59,400 bases of DNA from Octopus bimaculoides (Eukaryota), in assembly GCF_001194135.2 (NCBI RefSeq), contig NC_068982.1, positions 106,996,883 through 107,056,282 on the forward strand, given 5' to 3'. The notes under the pieces are model-generated. The model was given only the letters and a program-made list of their open reading frames with translations. It made no database searches and was not told the origin of the DNA. A program made the translations under genes and the position numbers. Below are positions 39,487 to 50,945 of the stretch, one piece after another (the stretch's first letter is position 1; each line of letters starts with the position of its first letter).

Positions 39487-39649
39487 TTTTTTTTCGATCC
39501 CTTTTGATTGAACCCCCCCCTTTTTCCTTCCTACGATCCCTTTTGATCGACACCCCCCCTTTTTTTTTCCTTGCCCCTCCCAAAAAGAAAAGCTCTACAT
39601 TGTATTTGTCCCATCTTCGTTGAGCCCTGTGTGGCTAATAAAAGAAATG

Positions 39650-39713
<64 letters not shown>
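39430..39713 (+). repeat. Two (CTAT)n runs enclosing a duplicated CGATCCCTTTTGAT..CCCCCCTTTTT motif and a retroposon-like 3' end
   Basis: Read directly; internal end GAGCCCTGTGTGGCTAATAAAAGAAAT. Confidence 0.7.
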
Positions 39714-39884
39714 GGTCTGTCTGCCTGTCAGTCTGTCTGAAAGTCTTTAAATACACTTAAGACTGTCTTACCTTTTGCTCCAAATTTAGATGAGTAGCAT
39801 GGATGATTGCAGTAAGGCTTGCCTTCGTGCTAAAATGAAAATAGAAATAAAAGTAAAATTAAATAAACAAAAAACAAAAAGCAG

Positions 39885-39958
39885 ACGTTTCCTTTATGCA
39901 AGGCTACGTTTCCTTTATGCAAGGCTACGTTTCCTTTATGCAAGGCTACGTTTCCTTT
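39885..39958 (+). repeat. 21-bp tandem repeat, 3.5 perfect units
   Basis: ACGTTTCCTTTATGCAAGGCT x3 plus ACGTTTCCTTT. Confidence 0.95.
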
Positions 39959-40687
39959 TTGACAGAGCTACTGTAACTTTACAGAATTGTAACAAACTGA
40001 AAGTACAATTAGAAATGTGATGTTGAAATTGCAGTCAAAAGGCGACAACATTAAACATTGTATACAGAAAAGATGTAGCGTAAAATAAAGACTCTGAATT
40101 CTTTGCTTGCATGCAATAAATACATTACTGGCATTCACTGCATTTAGACTCTTGTAGGAAAATGTTACCCATGGTAGCTAAACTTTTGGGTAGACTTGGC
40201 ATAGATTGTAGAGAACTAATTCAGAAACTGTTTTATATTTTAAAATTAAAATGCTGCAGAAACCGAGTTAAATTTCCTTCCAAAGAATATGGTACTAATA
40301 TTAATAAATATAATATATATTTGAGCCGATTCATTTGATTTTACTATACCTTACTCCTTTTCAAATCATATGTATCATACAAATTAAAGGTGAACATCTT
40401 AATTCACTTTTCGAAAAATAGTCTTCTTCCTTGCAGAAAATGTTTGAGGGGTGTATCTCGAGATTTGTAAGCATCAAGAAAATTTCAGTTGAACTATGAA
40501 ACATATAGATGTATATCATTATACCATAGTTGTACATGAAATGGTAATAGGAAGTTGTACAGTAAAGTTTATTATATTTTATTAGTTATTCATCTCTGAA
40601 ACGAAGTAACTTTTTGCCAATCAAAACAGGAACGATTTGTTTGAATTGGTTTGAATAAAACCAAACAGCGAATATTTTTATCTGATT

Positions 40688-42169
40688 TTAAAAAATCAGA
40701 GTCTTCTCATTTTCTTCTTCTAGCTTCAGAAGATTATATTTTTTCTCATCAGCAATGCATTCAGTCAAGCGGTCATCATAATCATTGTTGTCTGATAACT
40801 TGCAATCTTCGTGAATGCCGGTAGAAACAAGCACTGCACAATTCAATGTCTCATGGAATTCCTTTTCTGGAAAGTTATTTTGATGTAATCCCTCTGACGA
40901 AGGTGGTGAAGAACGACTTGATTGAAAGAAACCTTTCGTTGAACTAGAACTTAAACCTTCTCTTAAAGTTCTATCAGACCGATCGATCTTCATATTTGTT
41001 GTATTTGAAGAGGATGATGCGGAATAGTGAACATCTGGTTCAGCAGTAGGACTAGCCAGAGGTTCAGTATCTGTAAAATGATGTGAAAGTTTCGAGGGTG
41101 AAGACCTTTGAAATTCTAGAAGTTGTTGCAGGTTATTTTGAAAATCCGGAATTGCATTATCTTGTAAAGAATGCTCATTGTGATGATATTTCGTTGTATC
41201 GGAATCTTGTATATACGTTTGAGAGTTAATAGATGGTTCAGCAAATAATTTAATTGGTGGTACATGATTTTTAATAATAACATTTTTTTCATTGTTTTTG
41301 TCAATGGCATCATTTTCTCCTTCACCTTTTACATTAAGTTCTTTTTCAAACCATTGATTGAATGCTTCATCAAAAGAAAATTCTTTTTGGGACATTTTCG
41401 AAGAAGGTTCTTTTTGTGGATCAAGCTTATAACTTGTTGAATTGGTTGAATATTCTGTACAGTGACTACTTTCAAGCATTGCTTCTAAAGCTTCAAATTC
41501 CCTTAATGACACGTTTGAAATAGATTCCAGTTTAAATTCCCCTTCCTCTTCATCTTGGAAAAGGTGTGAGATTTGATTGCGAACTTGTTCGGAATCTATA
41601 GGAGGATTATCTTCTGAAATCTGATATAAGAAATAGTCAATGGATGGGTCATTTGAAGAAAAATCATCCTTAACAGATTCTAATTTTTTAGTTTTCTTAG
41701 CAAATTCGGGTCTACTTTGTAGGTCTGAAGTTACTGAAGCTTCCACATCTTTTTTTACATCATCTGAATTATTATTTTTTAGCTTATTTGAGGAAACATT
41801 TGACACATCAGAATAAAGAGAAACATTTATTTCGAAAAATACTTTAATCCAGCAAGTAAAGGTCAGCAATGCCCTCTGACTACTTGCAATAAGTTGTTCA
41901 ACTGGAATCACTTTATCTACTTTTAATACATAAAATGCGTTCTGAAGTAGTTTATAATTGGATAGATATCCCGTCGGAGAAGGATCTAATTTGATTTTCT
42001 TCCCTGCGATTATTCCTGGGTGAATTAAATTAATAAGTCGACAATAGGCTGCACCGTTTGACAGGTTGTTGATATCAGAAAAATTTGTGCGAAGTTTACT
42101 ATTTACCCAAGTTAAGAGGCTTTTTCGACCACATTCTGGAACGCGTTTCGGAATTTTCAAACGGTTCAT
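40688..42169 (-). CDS. Intronless EB1/MAPRE-like protein, 493 aa: N-terminal EB-type calponin-homology domain plus long acidic Ser-rich region
   Basis: Uninterrupted 1482-nt ORF in AT-rich DNA; AAAATG start context; aa ~14-115 align by eye with the EB1 CH domain (LLTWVNSKL, NGAAYCRLINLIHPG, NYKLLQNAF..VDKVIPVEQL, FTCWIKVFFEIN). Confidence 0.85.
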   Translation of the reverse strand: MNRLKIPKRVPECGRKSLLTWVNSKLRTNFSDINNLSNGAAYCRLINLIHPGIIAGKKIKLDPSPTGYLSNYKLLQNAFYVLKVDKVIPVEQLIASSQRALLTFTCWIKVFFEINVSLYSDVSNVSSNKLKNNNSDDVKKDVEASVTSDLQSRPEFAKKTKKLESVKDDFSSNDPSIDYFLYQISEDNPPIDSEQVRNQISHLFQDEEEGEFKLESISNVSLREFEALEAMLESSHCTEYSTNSTSYKLDPQKEPSSKMSQKEFSFDEAFNQWFEKELNVKGEGENDAIDKNNEKNVIIKNHVPPIKLFAEPSINSQTYIQDSDTTKYHHNEHSLQDNAIPDFQNNLQQLLEFQRSSPSKLSHHFTDTEPLASPTAEPDVHYSASSSSNTTNMKIDRSDRTLREGLSSSSTKGFFQSSRSSPPSSEGLHQNNFPEKEFHETLNCAVLVSTGIHEDCKLSDNNDYDDRLTECIADEKKYNLLKLEEENEKTLIF

Positions 42170-42845
42170 TTTTTTGTTTAATGAAGCTAAAATATTTAAT
42201 TCCTTTCTTTATTTCTTTTTCTTCCCTGTTATCCACTCATTCTTTATTCTTTCTTTTTCTCACCGTCTTTCCTTATACTTTCCCTTATTCTTTTGGTTTC
42301 AATTTTTAAATATTTATTTATGACGTAAACGTATTCTCGTTCTTCGTTAGATTTTCTCTTTTCGTCTATTTAGATCTTTATTTGCAGTACAATGTATTTA
42401 TGCATTGGTTCTTGATTATTCCCGGAAAATGTTGGTCTTTTCTGTTATTGTCACAGTTTTTTAAACTTTGAAATGAAGTAGAAATTTCAAATTTGGTATA
42501 TAGATGTAAATTTTCACGTTGAATCTGATTTTGATTTTTACTTGTTCCAGGAAAATTTTTGAAAAATGTTGCAGAGGTTTAAAATTTGATAATTTTTTTA
42601 CCCAATCAGAAAACAGGATTTAGAAGCTGGCATTTTGTGCGTGATAGCTGTCTATGACAACATTACGACGACAAACATGTAAGAAGTTTTGAATTTTAAT
42701 AGATTTTAATAAATAAAGTCATGTGAATTGTTGGAACAGACAATTAAAGTAAAAAAAAAAAATCCTCAATGAATTTTTTTGCGAAAAATTACAAAAATAC
42801 AAACTACGTTAAATTACATAAAACGAACAAAAAAGAAAAAGAAAA

Positions 42846-43528
42846 CTAGTTCATTTCATGTAAGCAGTTAATACATTTTTTTGTAGTAAAACTGTGGTTC
42901 GCTGTGCTTTGTAGAAAATAATAACCATCAATTTCAAGAATGTGAACGTACGACCTCCACAAGTCGCTGAAGATTGCCGTTCCTTGAAAAACCGACAGAC
43001 ATATGCATTCCTCAAGTGCGTCGCGATTCCGACATAGCACTGCATGAAGAAAAAACATACCTGGTCTCGTGACACACTCTTCTGAAGATCCACTGCTCAG
43101 GTAGCAAGTACTCTTCTTCGGTTGTATTTACGTCTTGGGAAGACTGTTTAGTCTATCTCAACAATCTTCTCAAGACCGCCTATCTGAACTGGAGCACATA
43201 TTTCACAAACATAGCTGTTGTAATCAACATCTGTGCAATGACACATCCTCAGTTCTTCAACACAAAACCGGACTGAAGTCAATTCCTTGACCCATGAGGA
43301 ATAAAATAAAAGCAGTACAGTCCTAAGAGGAAGAGTGCCACTTTCCAATTATATATCTTTTCTAACAGACATACAATCGTTACATATTTTTCGGGAGCAC
43401 CACAGTAAATTTTCCTGTGAAGCATCTTTCTTGTTCATGTGGTGTCTTTTTGTATATATTCTTTAAGTAATAACACACTTTTCTTGTAAGTAAGAAACCG
43501 CATCCTCCTCGGTTTTCAATTTCTCCAT
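42846..43528 (-). mobile_element. Merlin (ISXO2-like) transposase remnant, N-terminal two-thirds
   Basis: MEKLKTEEDAVSYLQEK..WVKELTSVRFC..IVEID*TVFPRRKYNR..GTAIFSDLWRSY..ANHS, with stops and frameshifts. Confidence 0.8.
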
Positions 43529-43608
43529 TATATTCGAAAAGTTAACCAGTTGGTTGCAGTCACATTTAGGATGAAAAGGTCCAGGAAAACACACAGTTCA
43601 AAATTATG

Positions 43609-43839
43609 GCGGCGAGCTGGCAGAACCGTTAGCACACCGGGCGAAATGCTTAGCGGTATTTCGTCTGCCCGCTACGTTCTGAGTTCAAATTCCGCCGAGG
43701 TCGACTTTGCCTTTCATCCTTTCGGGGTCGATTAAATAAGTACTAGTTACGCACTGGGGTCGATATAATCGATTTAATCCGTTTGTCTGTCCTTGTTTGT
43801 CACCTCTGTGTGTAGCCCCTTGTGGGTAGTAAAGAAATA
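43609..43839 (+). mobile_element. tRNA-derived SINE family B, young full-length insertion with 18-bp target-site duplication
   Basis: TGGCAGAACCGTTAG A box, GAGTTCAAATTCC B box, central GCCTTTCATCCTTTCGGGGTCGAT; TSD ACACAGTTCAAAATTATG at 43591-43608 and 43840-43857. Confidence 0.9.
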
Positions 43840-44565
43840 ACACAGTTCAAAATTATGAAAATGAAGTGGTGACAGGACAGCAATCGAAAATATCCATTCG
43901 TTTCTCAAAAAAAAAACCACAGATGAAAATAAATAACAAAAATGAAGTAGTACAAGCGTTCAGAAAATAGATATTTGACAAAGAAACTAGACTTGTCAAA
44001 GTAACTAGACAGGTAAAGACAATAGATATGGTAAGAGTTTTAAGCAGACTATACCTTAGTTTGTTACTATGGAAACAGAGACTCATATGTTTGTGGCTTT
44101 CGATTGATTAGAATTACTAAAAATTTGTAAACTTTAAATGCTATTAACTTTTTATTTATCAATTTGTTGCAAAAATGAATTGCATTTCCATAATTAGCAT
44201 ACAAAACTACAACAGTACACCAAATTTGAAAACAATTGGAGCAAAATTAAAAGAATTGAAAACTGTGACAGCAACAGAGAAGATCCGAACGTTGCCGAAC
44301 AACATTGACCATTTGATTTTCAAGTGTCCAAAAGAGAAATACTTCAGAATAGTTTCCCATCACCTTCTGTGGCCACCAAAGAATCTGAACTCAGGATTGC
44401 AAGCTAACAAAGCTGTTGCTAATTTTTCCAGTTTTGTTGTGAAAATATATAGTAATTACTACTTAAATTCGAATCTAGTAAGTTAAGTAATTCAGCCATG
44501 ACGAGTCAGTGGAGCTGGCACAATACAAACCAATGACTTCTATAATACATTGGTGGTCTAGAACA

Positions 44566-45455
44566 ATGTGGGTACGAGGGTGTGTTCTATGCTATGTTTA
44601 TCTTGCATAATTGACTGAAAATCCTAAGCGGTATTTCGTCTGTCTTCTGGTTCTGAGTTCAAATTCTGACGAGGTCGACTTTGACTTTCATCCTTTCGGG
44701 GTCGATAAAATATGTACCAGTTGAGTACTGAGGCCGATGTAATCGACTATCACCTCTCGCAAATTTCAGGCCTTGTGCCTTCAGTAGAAAGGATTATTTA
44801 CTCAGAAAGGGCAGCGAGCAAGCAGAATTGTATGCATGTCTGAAAAATTCTTGGCAGCACTTTTTCTTTACGTTCTAAGTTCAAATTCCCCCGAGGTCGA
44901 CTCTACCTTTCATCTTTTCGGGGTCGATAAAATAAAACCCAAGTTAAGTAGTGGAGTCGATGTGGGTACGAGGGTGTGTTCTATGCTATGTTTATCTTGC
45001 ATAATTGACTGAAAATCCTAAGCGGTATTTCGTCTGTCTTCTGGTTCTGAGTTCAAATTCTGACGAGGTCGACTTTGATTTTCATCCTTTCGGGGTCGAT
45101 AAAATATGTACCAGTTGGCTGTGTGTCAAAATCAAAAACCATTATTTACTCAGAAATTATTCTTTACAAAGCAGTTTTAGACAGATCTTAAGATTTGAAG
45201 ACATCTTCATACCTTGGGAAACTATCGACTATAATAATCCTTTCTACTAAAGGCACAAGGTCTGAAATTTGGTGGGAGGGGATAGTCGATTACATGGACC
45301 TCAGTGTTTCACTAGTACTTAATTTATTGACCCTGAAAGGATGAAAGGCAAAATTGACCTCGGCGGAATTTGAACTCAGAACGTAGCAACAGACGAAATA
45401 CCGCTAAGCATTTCACCCGGCGTGCTAACGATTCTGCCAGCGCGCCGTCTTAAAC
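44566..45455. mobile_element. Cluster of SINE family B copies (three +, one - at 45245-45455)
   Basis: Family B core repeated; includes a 158-bp near-identical direct repeat. Confidence 0.8.
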
Positions 45456-46716
45456 TATTGATTATAATAATAATAAAACAGCTCCTAAAAATTGCAAAAA
45501 AAAAAAAAAGAAAATATCCACTTTCTTCACAGATACGTTAATAGAAGTGGTAAGTGTGTGTAGTGCGAAGGAACATACAGGAATACTTCATTTTCATAAT
45601 CCGTATTGTGCTTTTTAAAGACCTATTATGAGTGACCACTGTTCGCAAGTAAACATGAAAACTGGACATGAGAAGACATGAGAAGACATGAGAAGACAAC
45701 ACGATCAATCTCATTTTTTATATATATATTTTATATTTATTGGTTTGATCTGAAGAAAAGAGCTGTTCTCATGCCATTTGCAGACACACTGAGTTCACTG
45801 AGATCGATGCTGTTGGCGTTCTTGACGATGACAGAGAAAACATGTGCAAGGAAGGAATGCCAACAAGGTAACGTTTTCACAAAAAAAAGGTCCAGGCATA
45901 GTGATTAATGCGGGGCCTGAAGGGTGCACACAATATGGGTGATGATAGAAAGAGGGAGGAGTGAATTAGGGGTATCTAGGTGGAGGTAGGATAAGACCTG
46001 TCACTTCTACAAGTAGAGGTAAAAACGTAAAGACAATAAACAGTACGCCTGTAGTCCGAACTTGTTGGTGAGCGACCTCATGCCACTCAATCGAGGGGAT
46101 TTTTCCCCCACTGCAACTGAAACCGGAGCCATTTAAATAAAGTGTATTGTTATTGCAGGAAGCGTTTAAATACAAGCATTTCAATAAAAATACATTGCAT
46201 TCAGATGGCTTCAAGAATGCTATAAGGTATCACACGAGCATTATGTGTCCGAACATTAGTATGTATACGGATGTAAATGTGAACGACCATGCATGTGTAC
46301 GTATGAGCCTATTCTTAAAGGTCAGCTAAGGACAATCGCATGTGTAACTAGCCACGAAGAACAAATCAACGGTTCAAAGAAATCAAATGCCAATCCCTTT
46401 AAAACGGCAACCACTTTAACAAAAGCAGAATCACCATCCTACTACGTCTACACATTCAAAGCAGTTTGCCAACAGTCCTTCAGCAACAACACACCTTGAT
46501 AAACTCAGTGGCTACTACTAACTTCAGGCCACGTTAGACAGAGAGGATGCTCTTAAAGTCGAGAATTTGAACTTACGGAGACAATATTTACATATCGCCC
46601 GAGGAAACACAACTAGATATCATAACGCTACATGTCCTTGTATATATACTTTTGTTATGAGTAATACTTTAGCGTTTGAAGCACACTAATATACAGTTAT
46701 ATATATATATATATAT

Positions 46717-47460
46717 NNNNNNNNNNNNNNNNNNNNNNNNNNNNNNNNNNNNNNNNNNNNNNNNNNNNNNNNNNNNNNNNNNNNNNNNNNNNNNNNNNNN
46801 NNNNNNNNNNNNNNNNNNNNNNNNNNNNNNNNNNNNNNNNNNNNNNNNNNNNNNNNNNNNNNNNNNNNNNNNNNNNNNNNNNNNNNNNNNNNNNNNNNNN
46901 NNNNNNNNNNNNNNNNNNNNNNNNNNNNNNNNNNNNNNNNNNNNNNNNNNNNNNNNNNNNNNNNNNNNNNNNNNNNNNNNNNNNNNNNNNNNNNNNNNNN
47001 NNNNNNNNNNNNNNNNNNNNNNNNNNNNNNNNNNNNNNNNNNNNNNNNNNNNNNNNNNNNNNNNNNNNNNNNNNNNNNNNNNNNNNNNNNNNNNNNNNNN
47101 NNNNNNNNNNNNNNNNNNNNNNNNNNNNNNNNNNNNNNNNNNNNNNNNNNNNNNNNNNNNNNNNNNNNNNNNNNNNNNNNNNNNNNNNNNNNNNNNNNNN
47201 NNNNNNNNNNNNNNNNNNNNNNNNNNNNNNNNNNNNNNNNNNNNNNNNNNNNNNNNNNNNNNNNNNNNNNNNNNNNNNNNNNNNNNNNNNNNNNNNNNNN
47301 NNNNNNNNNNNNNNNNNNNNNNNNNNNNNNNNNNNNNNNNNNNNNNNNNNNNNNNNNNNNNNNNNNNNNNNNNNNNNNNNNNNNNNNNNNNNNNNNNNNN
47401 NNNNNNNNNNNNNNNNNNNNNNNNNNNNNNNNNNNNNNNNNNNNNNNNNNNNNNNNNNNN
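46717..47460. other. Assembly gap; others at 34109-34362, 36504-36648, 48264-48839, 58009-58732
   Basis: N runs, mostly bordered by microsatellites. Confidence 1.
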
Positions 47461-47509
<49 letters not shown>

Positions 47510-48231
47510 CACAAACTGATAACTGCGGCCGTCACTTGGAATCAAAGATGACGTTGCTCGTAGGCGCAGGTACCAGCTAAATGTATGTTTGGTACACATG
47601 TATATATATATGTATATACAGATAATAGAAATACACACACACATACACACGCACACACACTGTTGGTTACACGTACATAACAGAAAGAAAATATGCGCTC
47701 CTAGTTCTTTTACGATACTCGGAAAATAAGATTAAACTGTTGAGTTATCATCAATGGTATTGACTTTAGGCACTTGAAGCTGTAATACTCATGCCTTTCT
47801 TAAGTCTGTAACTGAGTAAGTGAAACAGACATAGACGAGAATCGAACCTGGATCGCAAATTCGTCTTTCCGTATACAAATCAAGGAAGTTTGAGTAATTG
47901 GATCAATGATCCATTCTTACCTCAGAATGGCTTCCAATAGTGAGTATTTTTTGACATTTCGCACATTTCAAGCAAGGTCTGTGCCAGTCTTTTCCCATTG
48001 AAGAAACTTTCTCGGCTGGAAAAGAGACAAAAAGAAATAAAAACGAAATTTAACAACATAAAAATGGAGAATAAAATTTTCGGAGCTATATGTATGTATA
48101 TTATGTATGTATGTATGTTATCAATCAGTTTAATTTCTGTATTTCTTGTCCATAGAGAAAGAGCCGGACTCTAACATAGATTCAAGGCTCCTTCATTGGA
48201 ACTTTTATCAACATCATCTATGTATTTGTGC

Positions 48232-48263
<32 letters not shown>

Positions 48264-48839
48264 NNNNNNNNNNNNNNNNNNNNNNNNNNNNNNNNNNNNN
48301 NNNNNNNNNNNNNNNNNNNNNNNNNNNNNNNNNNNNNNNNNNNNNNNNNNNNNNNNNNNNNNNNNNNNNNNNNNNNNNNNNNNNNNNNNNNNNNNNNNNN
48401 NNNNNNNNNNNNNNNNNNNNNNNNNNNNNNNNNNNNNNNNNNNNNNNNNNNNNNNNNNNNNNNNNNNNNNNNNNNNNNNNNNNNNNNNNNNNNNNNNNNN
48501 NNNNNNNNNNNNNNNNNNNNNNNNNNNNNNNNNNNNNNNNNNNNNNNNNNNNNNNNNNNNNNNNNNNNNNNNNNNNNNNNNNNNNNNNNNNNNNNNNNNN
48601 NNNNNNNNNNNNNNNNNNNNNNNNNNNNNNNNNNNNNNNNNNNNNNNNNNNNNNNNNNNNNNNNNNNNNNNNNNNNNNNNNNNNNNNNNNNNNNNNNNNN
48701 NNNNNNNNNNNNNNNNNNNNNNNNNNNNNNNNNNNNNNNNNNNNNNNNNNNNNNNNNNNNNNNNNNNNNNNNNNNNNNNNNNNNNNNNNNNNNNNNNNNN
48801 NNNNNNNNNNNNNNNNNNNNNNNNNNNNNNNNNNNNNNN

Positions 48840-49233
48840 ACATTGTGGCGATTTGCCCGCCTCTCTGTCCCGTTTGTTTATTAGGAATTTGGTTGCTATT
48901 TCTTGTTCTTGAATAGCAAAGGCATACCCTTCAAAGTGAGAGTCGGTGACCCGATTGTTTGTCCACGATAGACTGCTCTGGTTGTCAATGTTGTTACCAC
49001 CCTGGATCTTTCTGTTAACGTATCCATGCATGATCTTCTGCTGGAATGCATTCATCCTCTCCTCTGATGTTATGTTACGGTAGAGTTTTGCAATTTCTTT
49101 GGGTAAGAGTTCAGGGTTGTCGAATAAGGAATGCTTGTCAAGTAGTTGCCTTCCCAATCTCATGATGGTATTTACCTCATGTCTGCAGACTTCATCAAGG
49201 GGTGCACTTCGACACTTGGTGGTTATGAGATGA
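48840..49233 (-). mobile_element. R4/Dong-like fragment (copy C), cut by an assembly gap
   Basis: KIMHGYVNRK..SHFEGYAFAIQEQEIATKFLINKR; 5' end abuts (ACAT)n. Confidence 0.75.
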
Positions 49234-49269
49234 TGTATGTATGTATGTATGTATGTATGTATGTATGTT

Positions 49270-50200
49270 CTGATCTAACCGAACCACTGCATTTTCTTCG
49301 TCTTACAATTATCTTCCCCTCTCCCCAATCAACGCAGATCAGTTGGTCCGATAGCCCTTCCTTACAATGTCAAAAATTCTGTAAAAGTAACTCCATTTGA
49401 ATGATAAAAATTTCATTCCAATAACTGTTAGCAGGTCCATATTTCACATCCATACCTCATCAGTGCAGTTATAAAAATTCCATTAACCTCATTTTGTTTT
49501 CAGTTGCAATGTTCTTGCTGCTTCTAAATCTTATCCATTTTTGCTATTTGTGTTCATAACAATTCACCTCACTATCTAGGCTTCAAACGCTGCATTTTCG
49601 TTAATTAGAGGTCCCAAGTCAATGAATATATCGACCGATTTCACACGAATGTCATTGATTTTGATTGTATTTATGTTGGAATCATTATTTGCTTGTTCTG
49701 AATGTTGTTCTCCTGTCGTCATAACCTGGCTTTTTGGCAGTAATTTCCATACCATATTTTCTTAATGCAACGTCTAGTCTAACTGTGGTATTAGATAATT
49801 CGCTTTTAAAACTAGTTATCATATCAAATGTTATCTGTAAATAATAGATTAGTGATCATGTTTCTGTTTGTCTTCACTGCACCTCAAAATCCTTTAGAGC
49901 ACGCGTCATGGTTTGTTCAGGAAGAAGATTAAGAAGTCCAGGTGATAATGAGCTGCTCTGGTAAATTGCAACGTACTTCTTTTCAAATCATTGCATTGGT
50001 TCATAGCTGTACAGAACTGACACTATTCTAATAAAATTTTCACAGTACTAAGATTAGATGCTTTGGGATGTTGTAATTCTTCAGTATGCTCCATAGTGCT
50101 TCTCTCCATACTCATTCAAAAGCTTTTTTGAAGTTAACAAATGTCGGGTATAATTGCTTTGGATTCCCTTCAAACTTGCTGTAGGGACGTTGACTAGATA
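49270..50200 (-). mobile_element. Decayed RTE-like LINE reverse transcriptase
   Basis: FVNFKKAFE*VWREALWSILKNYNIPK and YGCEIWT remnants. Confidence 0.55.
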
Positions 50201-50520
50201 GTTGTACTTGACTAACCAACTCGGCCAATCACTAGATCACGTGATAGCTGAATGAGGAGGCTTTGTATAATCTAATTGAAGACATTTAATATCAAACAAC
50301 TGAGGTTTTAACATCGCACTCAGGCCTCTGGTAACCGCTTCTACTACACATGCACACACACATGCATACATACATTTGTGCTTATGTATGCATGCCTGTG
50401 TATATGTTTGTTTATACATGCAAATATATATATAAAAGGGAAAATCTCAAATCGTAATTTGTCACTAGAACAAATGTAGTATTCACACACAGACAGTTAT
50501 AACGTATATTTGTGTGAACG

Positions 50521-50553
<33 letters not shown>

Positions 50554-50858
50554 AATAAATAAATAAAGAAAGAAAGAAAGAAAGAAAGATAGGTAGAAAG
50601 GAAGGAAGGAAGAAAGAAAGAGAGAAAGAAAAGAAGAAAGATGGTGGTCGGACAGACAGATAGACAGACTAGAGATTAATTTGAACATATTTCTTTGAAA
50701 TTTTTGAAACTAACATTTTGCTTTAGTGTTGTATGCATGGGCAGTTATTGAGGGCAAAGTGTCATGATGATTCACAAACACTTGTGTCAACAGACGTCTG
50801 TATGAAGGATCAGCTAACGCAATGTGAATAGTGTCGTTGATTCAGTACACAGTTCACA

Positions 50859-50902
<44 letters not shown>

Positions 50903-50914
50903 TACATGTATGTA

Positions 50915-50945
<31 letters not shown>

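Noticed and set aside
39790-40020. 76-aa ORF with RFLYARL repeats, or a CRISPR-like array
   Set aside because: Contiguous 21-bp tandem repeat with no spacers and no cas genes; the ORF is explained by the repeat.
43609-43700. tRNA genes at SINE heads
   Set aside because: A and B boxes are present but no cloverleaf acceptor stem, and each continues into a SINE body.
46669-48916. Long ORFs full of X here and at 34.0-34.5, 36.3-36.8 and 57.9-59.0 kb
   Set aside because: Artefacts of N gaps and microsatellites. Only the parts matching mariner or R4 proteins were kept as remnants.
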